Of a stretch of DNA of 64,000 nucleotides, positions 29,650 through 41,730 are shown one piece after another. Source of the stretch: Chrysemys picta bellii (Eukaryota); contig NC_088814.1 of the NCBI RefSeq assembly GCF_011386835.1, positions 434,001 to 498,000 on the forward strand. Reading direction: 5' to 3'. Position numbers and translations under genes: made by a program. The stretch's first letter is position 1. Each line of letters starts with the position of its first letter. The notes below the pieces were generated by a model that had not been told where the DNA came from, searched no databases, and saw only the letters and a list, made by a program, of their open reading frames with translations.

Positions 29650-30442
29650 TGTGACGTTTCCCTTGTGTTATCCAGACCGGTGATCTGCTTGGTCACTCCA
29701 ATCCTTGACTCTGGGAGCCAGCCTTACCCTGCTCTGCTGTGAGAACCCCCACTCCTGGGCTGTGCACTCACAGCCTCTAGCATATAAGCTGCTCCTTGGA
29801 TTGTGCAACCAAATGACACTCGCCAATATCTCCGGTCCCAGACACAACCCTAGGAACCTCCGTCTTGCAGTGTCCAGTTATGCCCGCTGGACGCTGCAAG
29901 CTTATATGAGTTCGTCAATTTAACAAAGAAATTGATATGTACCAGGCTTGTTATCCCAAGGGGAGTCTCTGACATGCTTCAAACAAATGCACTGCTTCAG
30001 GTAGAAAAAACAAACTGACCAAAGGAATCATAGAATATCAGGGTTGGAAGGGACCTCAGGAGGTATCTAGTCCAACCCCCTGCTCAAAGTAGGACCAATC
30101 CCCAACTAAATCACAGGAAGGGGGGTGACTCACTCGAGAGTCCAACAGATCCTTTTGTTGCTGCCTAGGCTAGCGTCCTTTGTTCCTGTGAGGCTGGGCT
30201 GGGTTTGTCCCAGACATGCCCTGATGAGATGTGAACTGCCCCTCTGCTCTTGGAGAGCTTTTGCCTGGGCTTATTTTAAGCCATGAAGACACATTTTCAG
30301 CCTCACAACCATATACATGAAATTATAACCTATAACATTACTATAACAACAGTTACTATAACATCACTATAACAACAATGCTCGGTGCATCATGAGCCTT
30401 CTGAAGACATCCAACATGACAAACTTTGCATTGGATACCACA
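29650..30442. mobile_element. Probable solo LTR interrupted by a CR1 tail
   Basis: TGTGA...ACCACA termini (TG..CA), internal (CTATAACA)-like repeat at 30320-30380, resembles a recalled turtle LTR family. No clean TSD found. Confidence 0.5.
30025..30113 (-). mobile_element. Short CR1 3' tail inserted into the LTR
   Basis: Near-identical to the 3' end of the CR1 at 21800 (CATAGAATATC.GGGTTGGAAGGGACCTCAGGAGGTATCTAGTCCAACCCC...CCCCAACTAAATCA). Confidence 0.9.
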
Positions 30443-30639
30443 CAATCATTTTACAAGGATGAACATGGGGGTGTTGGGTGTTCCCCCGAGGTACAAAGCA
30501 TTACACTTTCAGAGCCACTTCTAATAGTATCAACCTGTCGCTCACCTCACGAAGGAGATGGACAGTGCAGGGTGCTGAGCAATGAGACACATCTGTCACT
30601 GCTATCCCCAGAGCCAGCAAAGAAACTGAATATTTAGTC

Positions 30640-30706
30640 GTGCCATGAATGCAGGGGACTGGATTAGATGACCTCTCGAGGTCCCTTTCAGTCCTATGAT
30701 TCTATG
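30640..30706 (+). mobile_element. CR1/SINE 3' tail fragment
   Basis: GCAGGGGACTGGATTAGATGACCTCTCGAGGTCCCTTTCAGTCCTATGATTCTATGA. Confidence 0.85.
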
Positions 30707-31183
30707 AATGGCCAAGAGAGGTTGGCTCCATTTGTGTGTATCTTTCAGTGCCCAGTGGGAGTTTGCTGTGGGTGTTTCAATCTGTGTACATGGAGAGAGG
30801 GATTGAAATAATAACACATGGCATGGCTGATAATGTCAATATAAAAATTCCCATTGCCTTCAGTGGTGCAGGATCTGGCCCTAAATCACTCCATCTCTTT
30901 GAAATCCTCTGCTTGGTGGTAGCATTGCTGCATGTTTACCGTAGAAACCTGGCAGTGTGCACACTGTACAGGACCGCAGCATAAGAGATGTTGTGTGGCA
31001 CTGGGGCCCCATGTTTGCATACATTGTATTGGTATGGCAATGAATATAGTGTCTTTAACACCTAGGCGCACATGCTCCCAGAAGACACTGGACTGTAGAC
31101 AAAGTATGATGGAATTGGCTGGTTTCTCTGGTAACGTGGATGTTCGGCACGATGTTTTGCATTGTAATTCTGTAGGAGACATG

Positions 31184-31366
31184 TCATAGAATACCAGGGT
31201 TGGAAGGGACCTCAGGAGGTATCTAGTCCAACCCCCTGCTCAAAGCAGGACCAATCCCCAGACAGATTTTTGCCCCAGATCCCTAAATGGCCCCCTCACG
31301 GAGGAAACTCACAACCCTGGGTTTAGCAGGCCAATGCTCAAACCACTGAGATATCCCTCTCCTCCC
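31184..31366 (-). mobile_element. Full-length tortoise polIII/SINE (tRNA-derived head plus CR1 tail)
   Basis: Minus strand reads GGGAGGAGAGGGATATCTCAGTGGTTTGAGCATTGGCCTGCTAAACCCAGGGTTGTGAGTTTCCTCCGTGAGGGGGCCATTTAGGG...CCAACCCTGGTATTCTATGA. tRNA-like A/B boxes are mutated; the tail is shared with the CR1 at 21800. Confidence 0.9.
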
Positions 31367-32602
31367 ATGCAAAGGATCTGGAATTTTGCTTCCTACACCA
31401 TAGCAATCTCCTTTCCCACAAACCAGTAAAGATGAGTGTCCCTTCATGGTGCCCAGTAACCTCAAAAGCCTTGTTAGAGTGGGCATGACGGACATAATGG
31501 CCATCTTTAAATCTGCCCCTTCATTTTAAGTTCACTCTGCTGCAGCTGCTACTGATCTACCACACGGATGGGGCTCTCAGCTGACTTTGCCACTGGTGAG
31601 TCTACTGGCCTTTTGGGGGCAACTTGTCCTGACAGTGAATGAGGGCAGAGTAGGGATAACATAACAGATGAACCAAAGGGAGGGGTGGAGAGGCAGCGTT
31701 ATCTAACCCCTCTGCCACTGCATGGTCTGAGGTCAGAAAATTGGAGCTCAAGTACTTAGGTACTACAGAGATGAACACAGTGTAAATGCCAAGGCAGAGA
31801 GGAAAACCCAGGGCTTGCCAGTATCAAAGTGCTGGCTGGTTTGCAAGGCTAGTCTGCACACAATTCACCATGTTTGTGGAGGTGGGCCAAAAACCCAGGG
31901 ATCACATGGCACGGAGGTCAAGTGTCCTGACAAGGGGTGAGAGAAGCTGGACAGTCATCACAAGGGCACATAAGAACATGCCGTGATGACGACTAATGAA
32001 TACATTTATCAAGCACTCACCTGCAGTTTCATTCCATCAACTGAAGCACGGAAAGGACAGAAGAGGATGAGAGGGTGATTCCATACAGCACAAAGCTGCT
32101 TGAAGGGTGACTACTCTGTGCATACCTATAATTACATAGAATAGTATTATACCCTGCTATTAGGAGCCAGCTTCAATAGACACAGCATTGTATCTCCCAA
32201 CTATCCTCTGCATCAGAGTAGTTGCTGGTATATTTATTGTGTGACATAAACAGCTCCTTCCCACCTAATACATATTTATTCCAGAAATGAAAGCGGAATG
32301 TGTTTTGCTTTAAACACCCAGTGTTTGCAGCTGAACAGGACTGCAAAGTAATGCAGCGCTGTGCCTTTAAGAAAAAACAGGCTGTATCCAGCAGAAAATG
32401 TCTAGTGTTCAGAGAGCATTGGGGCTCAATTTTGAAAAGACAAAGCAGCAAACACACATATCACACAATCCAGTGTGGGCGCACGCACACACCCCACATA
32501 TGTTCACATGTGAGCACACACACACACCCCCACAGTTTTTCATTCAAGACATAACTGACAGGGGCCAGCCTATAGTGCATTCATTGACTGCCAGTAGAGG
32601 CC

Positions 32603-32824
32603 AGAGAGACAAGGTAGGGGAGGTAATATCTTCTATTGGACCAACTTCTGTTGGTGAGAGAGACGAGCTTTTGAGCCACACAGAGGTCTCCCTGAGGTCT
32701 GGGAAAGGTACTCCGAGTGTTACAGCTAAATGCAATCTCCTTTCTTGCAAACCAGACATTTATCATAAGTAATTACACATATTTCCAGGGATTATTCAAG
32801 GTGAAGGCTACAACAACACTGCAT
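32603..32824 (-). mobile_element. Non-autonomous Penelope-like tail element (inverted body plus plus-sense 3' tip)
   Basis: Homologous to 35574-35913 (GAGGTAATATCT..TATTGGACCAACTTCTGTTGGTGAGAGAGAC.AGCTTT); ends GCTACAACAACACTGCAT. Confidence 0.75.
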
Positions 32825-35573
32825 GCGCTAGGGGACAGAGGCACAGCAGAACCAAGACATGGAGAAATGTCCCCTTGGACTCTGGGGCGTTCAAAATCCA
32901 GACTGAAATTGTGCTACTTAGCCTATCGCTGTCAGTCTGGTGTGTGTGCTGGGAGAGGCAACTTCTTGTCATCATTTAAGGACCACAGGAACCAGGAGAG
33001 AGGCTGGACACAAGCTTTGGGAAGACTTTGTCCAACCCTATGGGGCCCTATAGTTCTGAAGTAGTTTGGGAGTGCCCTAACTAACTTTGTTTGGTGGATG
33101 CACTTCAGTGGGATCGCCCAACTGTCCTTTCGAGTAACATATGAGACAGCACTTTGACACTGAGACCCTTAGGGATAAGCCTTGTTTGGCAGGCTTTTTC
33201 CAGTGAAAATCTCCCATTTATGTCTCACTATAACTTCCCAGCTGTTTAGAGATCTCATAGTGTAGCAGCCGCTGCATTATTGTATCCACTGTTACCTAGC
33301 TGTCCCTGTTTGCTTGGTGCTCTCAGCATGTTCTCTCTGCATGAGCTGGCTTTGCTATCTAGCCTTCAGGAGCTTTTCAGAGAGAGCTTCCCAAAATCCC
33401 AGGGCAAAGCGATATCATCCACAATGATAAGGTGACTTACACCCCACGTTGCTAGTCTCTGTGAGATAATAGGCTGTTCCTTTAATGATTTTCAGTATGA
33501 ATAACCAGCCACACGGAATTCCTCTCAGGGCTACTTTCACTTAGAAAAACAGACCGGGCTGTTTTGTTGTGCACATGCTGATCTACATAATGTGCCAGTC
33601 CAAGTGTGCTGTCTGAATATGTTCCAGGACTACCAGGCTGCAGCCTGAGCCTCACAGCAAGCCAGCTGGTCAGTTCCAAATGGTAGAAATAAAAAGCCAG
33701 CCACTTAAGGAAGCCTTTATTTCTGTTTATGTGTTGCTGTAGCTATGGGCTACAGATGATGAGAAAGGGGGAGCAGGGTGTTTGCATATGTCCAAGCAGA
33801 CTGGTAGCTCTGTGTTCCTTCCTCCTCAGTCCCACACAGCCACACTAACCTGGAGAATGTCCTTGTCAGGTACTGTGGTGGGGTAACTTGTGGCTGTGTG
33901 CCTCCAGGGACGGTGGGCGACAGACACAGCAGGGTCAGCAACAGAATTATTGACCTTCACCACAATACAGTTTTCTGCCTCACCAGTTTAAAGAACAGCT
34001 CCATTGACTCAAGAAAGTAAAGGAAGAGATGAACACGGTCAGGTCTGACACACCCCAGTGCACATGCGCACAGCCCAGTACAGTACTTGGGCAAGGAAAA
34101 TAATAGAACACAAGTCTTTAAACACCAGCCTGGTTGGGATGAGGAGTGCTCACCTCATTTCACAAAAGGGACTGTACCCTCCATTCTAAAGCATTTAGAT
34201 TTAGGAGATCGGGCCTTGGAAGCTCTTTGCATCTCACAGACATGCTCCCATGACTGCAGGGGCTGGCAAAGAAGCTACTCAGCCCCAAGTTAGAAACTCC
34301 ATTGGTCATTTTTGGCACAAAATGAATGTTACTGGAAAGATCCTGTTAATTTCCCAGAGGTATTCTCTGTGAATTGTTACCATTAGACGCATAGAATCTG
34401 TTTTTCTGTATTAGGGCTTTGTACTGGTGCCCATCCCCATAGTATCTGCGTGTTTCTCAGGGTAATAGATTGGCATAGTGAGGTCGCTAGTGGATTTCCT
34501 GGTGTTAGAGGATGCTTTCCAGAGGCTTTGCTTGATTCTTGGTTCTGTTGATCCATCACAAGCAAAGCTGAATCTAACATTTTGTCTGTCACATGTTCAT
34601 GTGTCATGTCATGTACAAATGATGGATCTGACCATTAGGTGATTTCCTCTGGGAGGGAGAAGAGACTGTAAAGTAGAGAAATGCGTTGTTTGAAAATAAA
34701 GAAAGAAAGAAAAGAAAAACATCATAAAACTCAACTGGGAACATGTTCACCCTCCAAGAACTGCATGGTATTAATAGGAGATGCTGTCAGCACATTTCTT
34801 TCAAAAAATGCAAACCAATACTAAAAAAATAAAAATACGCCCACTTCTCAGCTTAGAGCTCTCTGTCTGAAGCTGAATTAGGCAGACTGCTGGTTTTTGT
34901 CATGCCAGCTCCACCCCTGTCAGAGCAGAACGCAATGATACAATTATAATTGTCCTGTATTAATAGGGAGGGTCTCTTTCTTTAATTACAGAGGACACCT
35001 AAATATGGTGCTTTGAAGTTCTTTAGAAAACATTATAAATGGGCTTGCTTGTAACCCCCTGACAAGGAGAATTGGCAAATGAAAATTAAATGTAACCTTT
35101 ATAGGGCATAAAATGAATAATTTATGAAGGCTTGTTAAATATCTGATGTTCCAAATATAGAGGAGATGTACACTTTATGCAGGCAGCTCTGTAGGGTAAC
35201 ACAAGACCTTGTGAACCCGTCTGAAGCTACAAATAGTTCAATATTTTATTAATAGTTTCCCGTTTTTATTGATATCCAGTTACCATGACAAACCACAAAA
35301 GTAAATGAATGAAATAAGTTTATCAAGAGTCTATAGACAGGACAGTAACTTTCCATTCTGTATGCTTTTATAGGTAAAATGCTTGGGCTTATGTTACCCC
35401 CACAAATCAAGCTCACTTCCAATCTGCTCAGTGAGGAAGGAGTCACAGGTTCCCCAACATTCCGACATTATGCTGTGCAATGAATACAGGATAATCTTCC
35501 TAGGACACAAGAAAGTTATTGACCCATGCAGCGTTCTCAGATATCATGGTGATGGGCATACTATATAAAGCTG

Positions 35574-35913
35574 GATGAGGTAATATCTCTTATTGGACCA
35601 ACTTCTGTTGGTGAGAGAGACAAGCTTTCGAGCTAGAGAGGTCTGGGAAAGATGCTTAGAGTGTCACAGCTAAATAAAGATCAAACAGATAGTTTAGCAT
35701 AAGTAGTTAGCACATTTTGTAAGGGACCAATTCAAGGTGAAGTGGCCCATTAACACCCCTGTAGCTGTGACACTTGGAGTACCTTTCCCAGACTTGGGGA
35801 AGAGCTCCTTAGAGCTCGTCTCTATCATCAACAGAAATTGATACAACAAAAGATTACCTGGACCACCTTGTCTCTCTAATCTCCTGGACCCACACGACTA
35901 AAACAACACTGCA
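35574..35913. mobile_element. Self-inverted Penelope-like tail element with 12-bp TSD
   Basis: Arms 35572-35672 and 35762-35866 are reverse complements; perfect direct repeat TATATAAAGCTG at 35562-35573 and 35914-35925. Confidence 0.85.
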
Positions 35914-37739
35914 TATATAAAGCTGAACAGAACAGTGCTTGTTTGAGGTGCAGATACAATTTCTTTAGGGAGTTCATTTTCTGCTACAGCTGCAGTTCTG
36001 GATATGTGGGTGGGAGATGAGCAAATGCATCACATGTATCTGTAAACTGCTCTCTTCCTGGAAGTGAAGATGATGTAAGCACATCTGCAGCATTGCCAAC
36101 ATCGGCAAACTAGTTTCTTGCTGGCTGGGAGCCACCTTGGCCACTCATTTAGGGACTTGTTCTTGTAGAACTTCCAGTGACAAAGACCTTAATTACAGTG
36201 GCATAAGGGGAGTGTTTCTCTGTCCCAGGTCAGTGTATGTGATTGAATCACTCTGTGGTGTATGACAGCAGTCTCCTTCCCTAAAATTCAGCCAAGGATT
36301 TTGCTTTCTTGGTATCAGATTATCTGATGTTTACATGCGCTACAGGTTCTTTTTCTATGGCTGTGTGTAAGGATGAGTCACAGCCATAAACCAAGGCAGC
36401 AGGGACTGCAGCCATGAGAATCAATAATATAATTTATCATTATGTTGGCACAATACTAGTATACAATTTTCCAGCAGAATCTGTTCTTTTTCCACATAAG
36501 CCTATGGAGCAGTCCATCGATTTTCTTAAACTAGGTTTCTAATAGCACTAGGGAGCTGTTGGAAGCAGGCATCTCATCCCTCATGTCCTGCAGAGCAAAG
36601 AGCGCACTGACATTCTGTACATTCCACAAGCCTCATTTTGGAGATAAGAGCAAATCAGTTTTTCTGCTGAGTCCATCCCAAAGTGAGGACGTGAAATCTT
36701 CAGTTTATTTACTCCAGGCCAGTACTAGTACTGTATGTCCCTAATTCTCTCCACAGTGCCTGATAGAGGTTTATTATTACAATGAATCCCAGGCAAGAGA
36801 CCATCTTTATTAAACAACCTCCCTCCCTAGGAGACTTCCCTGGAAATACTCCCCAAACATACCAAGTACAGTTCGGATCCACCTTCATTAGCAGATCAGT
36901 TTGGTCAAGCAGCTGACATTTATCAGTCTCTTCACTGGTCACTCAAGACATGTTACTGTATAATAATATACTTTGTGCTTCTATGGCATTTTGATCAGAG
37001 GAGCTCAGAGATGTGTGTATTATGTTTATGATTTCTATATTAATGTAACCCCAGCGAAGAATGGAATTCTCCTATCGGCATTTCTCCCATATTTGGAGAA
37101 GTGAGAGTTAGTGGGGGAAGAGGGGAAACCAAGAACTTGGTGCTATTTAGAGTTTGTGAAACTGGTGGAATGGTTTATTCCTCGCTCCCTAATTTGAGGG
37201 TTTATGAAAATTCATTATTTTCCCCCTTTATTTAAACTGTTGATTTTCCAAGGGGAACAATGAGATGCTCAAGCCTTACAAACCTGCTCAGGGGCAAACT
37301 CATGCATATTTCTCAGGTATTAGGGTTACAGTCATTAAATGCATCCACACAGAACATCTGACTGATCTCTAGAGCTCCAGCAGCAGCTCAGGGTCAGATC
37401 CTCAGCTTCACTTATACTCTTGGTGAAAAGACAAGGCTTCTTGATCCACAATTGATACAAATCCTTATAGAACCAGAGTCTTCCTTTATTAAATCTGGCC
37501 AGGTAACAAGCTGCTTTCTGCCACATTAATGTCCGTTTCTTGCTTTGCCATAATTAAGTCATCTGGCTGTCACTTTGCTGTCACGTGTGTGGTCTGTATT
37601 TGCAGCACAGTGGAAGCTTATATTGTAATATATATTACAATTGATAGTTCCTTATATCTTATGCAAATTGGGAAGATCTGTCTGAGGCCAAGACAATTCC
37701 TTTTCTGCATTTTAGCTACTGAACTTTAATATTATAAGT

Positions 37740-37985
37740 ATTAATTGTTTGTATTATGGTTGCATCTAGAAGTCTCAGCTGAGGCCTGAATCCCGTTTGC
37801 TAGGCACTCTACAGACACAGAGTGAGAGAGGCCCTGCCCCAGAGATCTTACAGTCTAAATAGATGACATAGACACAGGGTGGGAGGCAAAGCAGAGGCAC
37901 TGAGAAAGGAAATGATTTGTCCAAGATCACACAGCAAGTCAGTGACAGAGCCAGGAATAGAACCTAGGTCTCCGTGCAGTGCCCG
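37740..37985 (-). mobile_element. MIR/CORE-SINE
   Basis: AAATGATTTGTCCAAGATCACACAGCAAGTCAGTGACAGAGCCAGGAATAGAACCTAGGTCTCC core plus L2-like tail. Confidence 0.8.
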
Positions 37986-39097
37986 ATCTGCGACTATACT
38001 GGTTCTATACCTTAGGTTAGAGCGTGGAGCAGCAGCACTCAGAATACCCACTAAGAGCCCAGCCAGATCCCATTGTTTGGGTCAGGGACAGCCCCTGCAT
38101 CAGAACTACTGAGATATTTACCAGATCTTAATGACCCTGACAGTCGGGCATTGGACCTCTGTTAAGCAGAGTTTGCAACAGCAGGGATGTAACACATGGT
38201 GACCTGTAACTTAAGATGCCTCTTTCTGCTCTTCCTCAACCCCGCACTGCACATTCCGTCTGGGAGAAGCTCAGAATCCCACAGAGCAAAGGCCTTGAGG
38301 TGACCCAGGACTATATCTTTGACAACAAAATGGGAGCCATTCCTCATTGCAGGAGGCAGGATACAATGCCTGCTTGGTCGAGGAACAGGATTGTGTATAT
38401 CGCTGCAAAGTGTATAACATTTCACAGGTACTGCCTCGAGAGACCCTTCTGCAGCTCTGGCTGTGGTTCAATCAGAGTTTAGCGCATCACAAACACAGAA
38501 GACACTGGTGTCCCTCTTCTCATCCCACCATTATTCTCTGTTGTTAACACCTGCAGCATTTGGCTCAGTGAAGCTGGCATTCACAAAAGGACTGGAAATT
38601 GGCAGCATTTCCAAATCCCGATTTACTGCATGTGTTGCCAGTTAATTACCATCCGCTGATGCCTGCCCTGGTTCGGATAACTCCATACCAGCTCCACCTT
38701 TGGATCTGGCTCCCTGAGCAGGAAATAATTAACATTAGAGGAGTGCTAAAAGGTTGGAAATGTACACGTAGGGATCAAAGCACCAACAGCTCAGTAAAAA
38801 GATGGGTCTGGCTCAAGTCAGTCCCTGGCCGTTTGGATTTCTGCCTTTTGTTGAGTTTAGTCACAGCTTTAATATGCTTTAATGTTTCTCCTTTTAATTA
38901 TGATGAAGCCTCCGTGTGTATTTGGTACACAAGATGAGACTCCTCCAAAAGCTCCTCCTGAAAGCTCCTGACGTGATCCATCTTGCTCTCAGGAAGGTAG
39001 GCCCAACTTCAGCCTGATTTACAACTGCTAGAACTCAATGGACTCAGTCCTTTGGATTCTAAACATCTTTCCATGTCTGTCTGTCATTCATCTCTAT

Positions 39098-39169
39098 GGG
39101 CCTGATCCAAAGTTCACTAAAGACAACAGAAGTCTTTCCACTGACTTCAATGAGCTTTGGATCAGGCCC
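39098..39169. mobile_element. 72-bp palindromic MITE
   Basis: Perfect 15-bp TIR GGGCCTGATCCAAAG / CTTTGGATCAGGCCC with a partly self-complementary interior. Confidence 0.8.
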
Positions 39170-40260
39170 TGTAATACATACAGTGCTCAGGGAAATCTCG
39201 CCCTTTGCTGCCACTAGAAAAACAACACCTTTCTGTTCTTCTGGAGACGGCTTTTCCTCCCAACCCGATTAAAAGACAGGTCTTTAAAATGCTACGAGAC
39301 GTGTATGTCAGCTCCAAGATGCAAGAGCTCCGAAGGCCTGGAATGCAGCTTCCTTTTCTTCCTGTTCCTGCACCATAATCAGGCTACAAGCTGCCCTTTC
39401 TATAACCCTCTCAGAGCCTTCCATATATCACCTCTCACAAAGCAGCCTGGAACAAAACTCGTTTTTAATTGACTTTAGTATCTATGAATGTGATAGAAAA
39501 GGCAAAATAATTCCCCTTGAAATAAAATGGTTACAGACACGCTTAATGGGATTTAGCAGCGCTACAAAGATTCCTCAGACCACAGGCATCCTCAGCTTCC
39601 CGCCTAGCTTGCTTTCTTTGACCCTTTCAATGCGTGAAAGATAAAAGGCTGGGTGAGCTCCAGGGCAATACACAAGGTGCCAATTGCTGTGTTGTTTCTG
39701 GCATGTGCAGGTAGAGGCAATTGACTCTTTTAACTATGCCCTGAGAACCCCAGTTACAGTTATTGCTGGGAAATGTCTCGGTCATGTCTTACAGATAGCC
39801 GTGTGTGCGTGTGCGGCCAGGAGCTGTGCACCACCGCTGCCATCAGTATGATGCACCCTATGAGAACGTGAGTTAAAGCCAAATCTTTTAAAAGTGACTA
39901 GAGTCAAAACTGCTCATGGTTCCATCTGCCATGTCACATGGTCTAGCCTGCTCTATATCCTGTTTGTGCCACGTGGCGGTGGAGGAGTAAGATTGTTTGA
40001 CTGCTGTGTCCCTGCAACTCTGCTGGGGATGAGAAGTATGGGTCTGTACTTCCAGTGCAAAAGAAATACAAGCTCTGGATCTGATCTCATTCTCCCAGGG
40101 AGATCGTCAAAGGGCAGAACTCAGAAGAGTTAAAGAGAGGGTCAGGGAGATGGATCAAGGGTCTGACATCTGTACAAACAGGAGAGTGATGTTGTATTAA
40201 TTTAGAAGGAATCAAGGGGCCCAAAGAGTCAAAAGTGTCAACATGACTCTGTTTAAATCA

Positions 40261-41027
40261 TGTTAAACGAGGCTTGGGGTTTGATATACAGAGACCTCAA
40301 CCCATAGGTGCTGGAACTAGAGGTACGGGGGTGCTGCAGTACCCCCCGACTTAAAGGGGTTTCCATTATATACAGGGTTTACAGTTTGGTTCAATGGCTC
40401 TCAGCACCCCCACTATAAAAATTGTTCCAGCACCCCTGCCTCAACCTGCTTAGTACCATGGCAGAGATACCATTCAAACTCTTTTTAACCTTTCAGTAAA
40501 GATACAGAAAAAGGAAAACCAGTTAAAACATTTGAAATGTAAAGTATTAAATAGGCTTTATTTTAACAACATGCCTTGTTCCCTTTCACTTTAGTTGTAG
40601 AGTCTTTAGAAGGAAAAATGCCATGTTTGGCAGTCTCTTCGATGGTCCTAATGATCATTTTAGGGGGAAAGAATTCATTAAGATGGGCTGGAGCTGTTGT
40701 TAAAGTTTGATCCTGTTTCCTAGAAGATTAAACAAGACGAACACACACAAAAGAGGGAGAGAAAAGAGAGAAAATGCAGCCCCCGCGTCTCTGGTTTTGA
40801 CTTTCACTCGCAACCTCACTGCTGAAGAACACAGGCAGAGCACATAGTCTTAGCAACCACACCAAGACCTTGGAAACTTGGGGAATTGAATTGAGTTGCC
40901 TCTTTAATTGAGTTGCCTCTTTCATCTTAGAGAGGTGTGCAAAATATACAGTCTTGGCTAATTCAGTCTTCCTGTTTTTGTTTTTTGCCCCTTTTCCCAT
41001 CAACACTTGTTATGGGTTATTGTGACA
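40261..41027. mobile_element. Possible solo LTR hosting a nested hAT MITE
   Basis: TG..CA termini and resemblance to a recalled turtle LTR family; no TSD confirmed; 17-bp perfect tandem duplication at 40889-40922. Confidence 0.35.
40303..40438. mobile_element. hAT MITE with perfect TSD
   Basis: TIRs CATAGGTGCTGGAAC / GTTCCAGCACCCCTG; 8-bp TSD CCTCAACC at 40295-40302 and 40439-40446. Confidence 0.92.
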
Positions 41028-41399
41028 TCTTAGGAACTTTCGCTCACTTTTCACAGTCGAGTTGACAATTAGGGTAAATGTGTAGGTCCAAGTATCACAA
41101 CAGTCCTTGCATCAGGCAGCATCCCCTTAATGTCCCATAGCACAAGTGCTTCTATGGAGCAGAGGTAATGTGAGAAGGGAGGCCCCCTTAACCCTTGGTG
41201 GGCAGCAGAACAGAGTTTTATGTTTATAACAATTTTCCAGATAAACCATGACTCTGATCCTTTCCTCTTTCCAACTAATTGCATTTCGTTTTCCAAGAAA
41301 GTGACTTTAGAGAAATGCCATGCAACTGGGACCATCATCAGATGGTTCCCATGACTGACACAATCCAATGTGTTGCTCCAATGAGCTAGAGATGCAAAA

Positions 41400-41730
41400 G
41401 CCCTGTTATGCCCCCATCTGGTCCTAGCCCCTCACACAACAAAGGATCATTTTCACACGGCTTCATCCTGCCCTAGTTTTAAATGTCCCAGGCTGTGGGG
41501 CTACTACCACTTCCCATGGGATATGATGCCACAGGCTAATGCATTTCATTTTCAGTAAGTTTCTTCTGACATTAGTCCTAAATTTCCCTTTCTTATTTCC
41601 ATCCCATGACTCCTAGTTACACCTCCTTGTATAACCCTATATAATTCCTTTCCCTTCTGGGTATTTACGCTTCCAGTTTTTCTTAGCTTGTTATCATGTC
41701 CCAGTCACCACTACCCTTCTAGCCGTCAGC
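41400..41730 (-). mobile_element. Ancient CR1 3' fragment
   Basis: CTAGTTTTAAATGTCCCAGG...CTACTACCACTTCCCATGGG...AGTTTCTTCTGACATTAGTCCTAAATTTCCC. Confidence 0.55.

Noticed and set aside
36356-36388. Perfect 10-bp hairpin TATGGCTGTG / CACAGCCATA around an AP-1 site
   Set aside because: About one such stem is expected by chance in 64 kb (64000 x ~20 loop lengths / 4^10).
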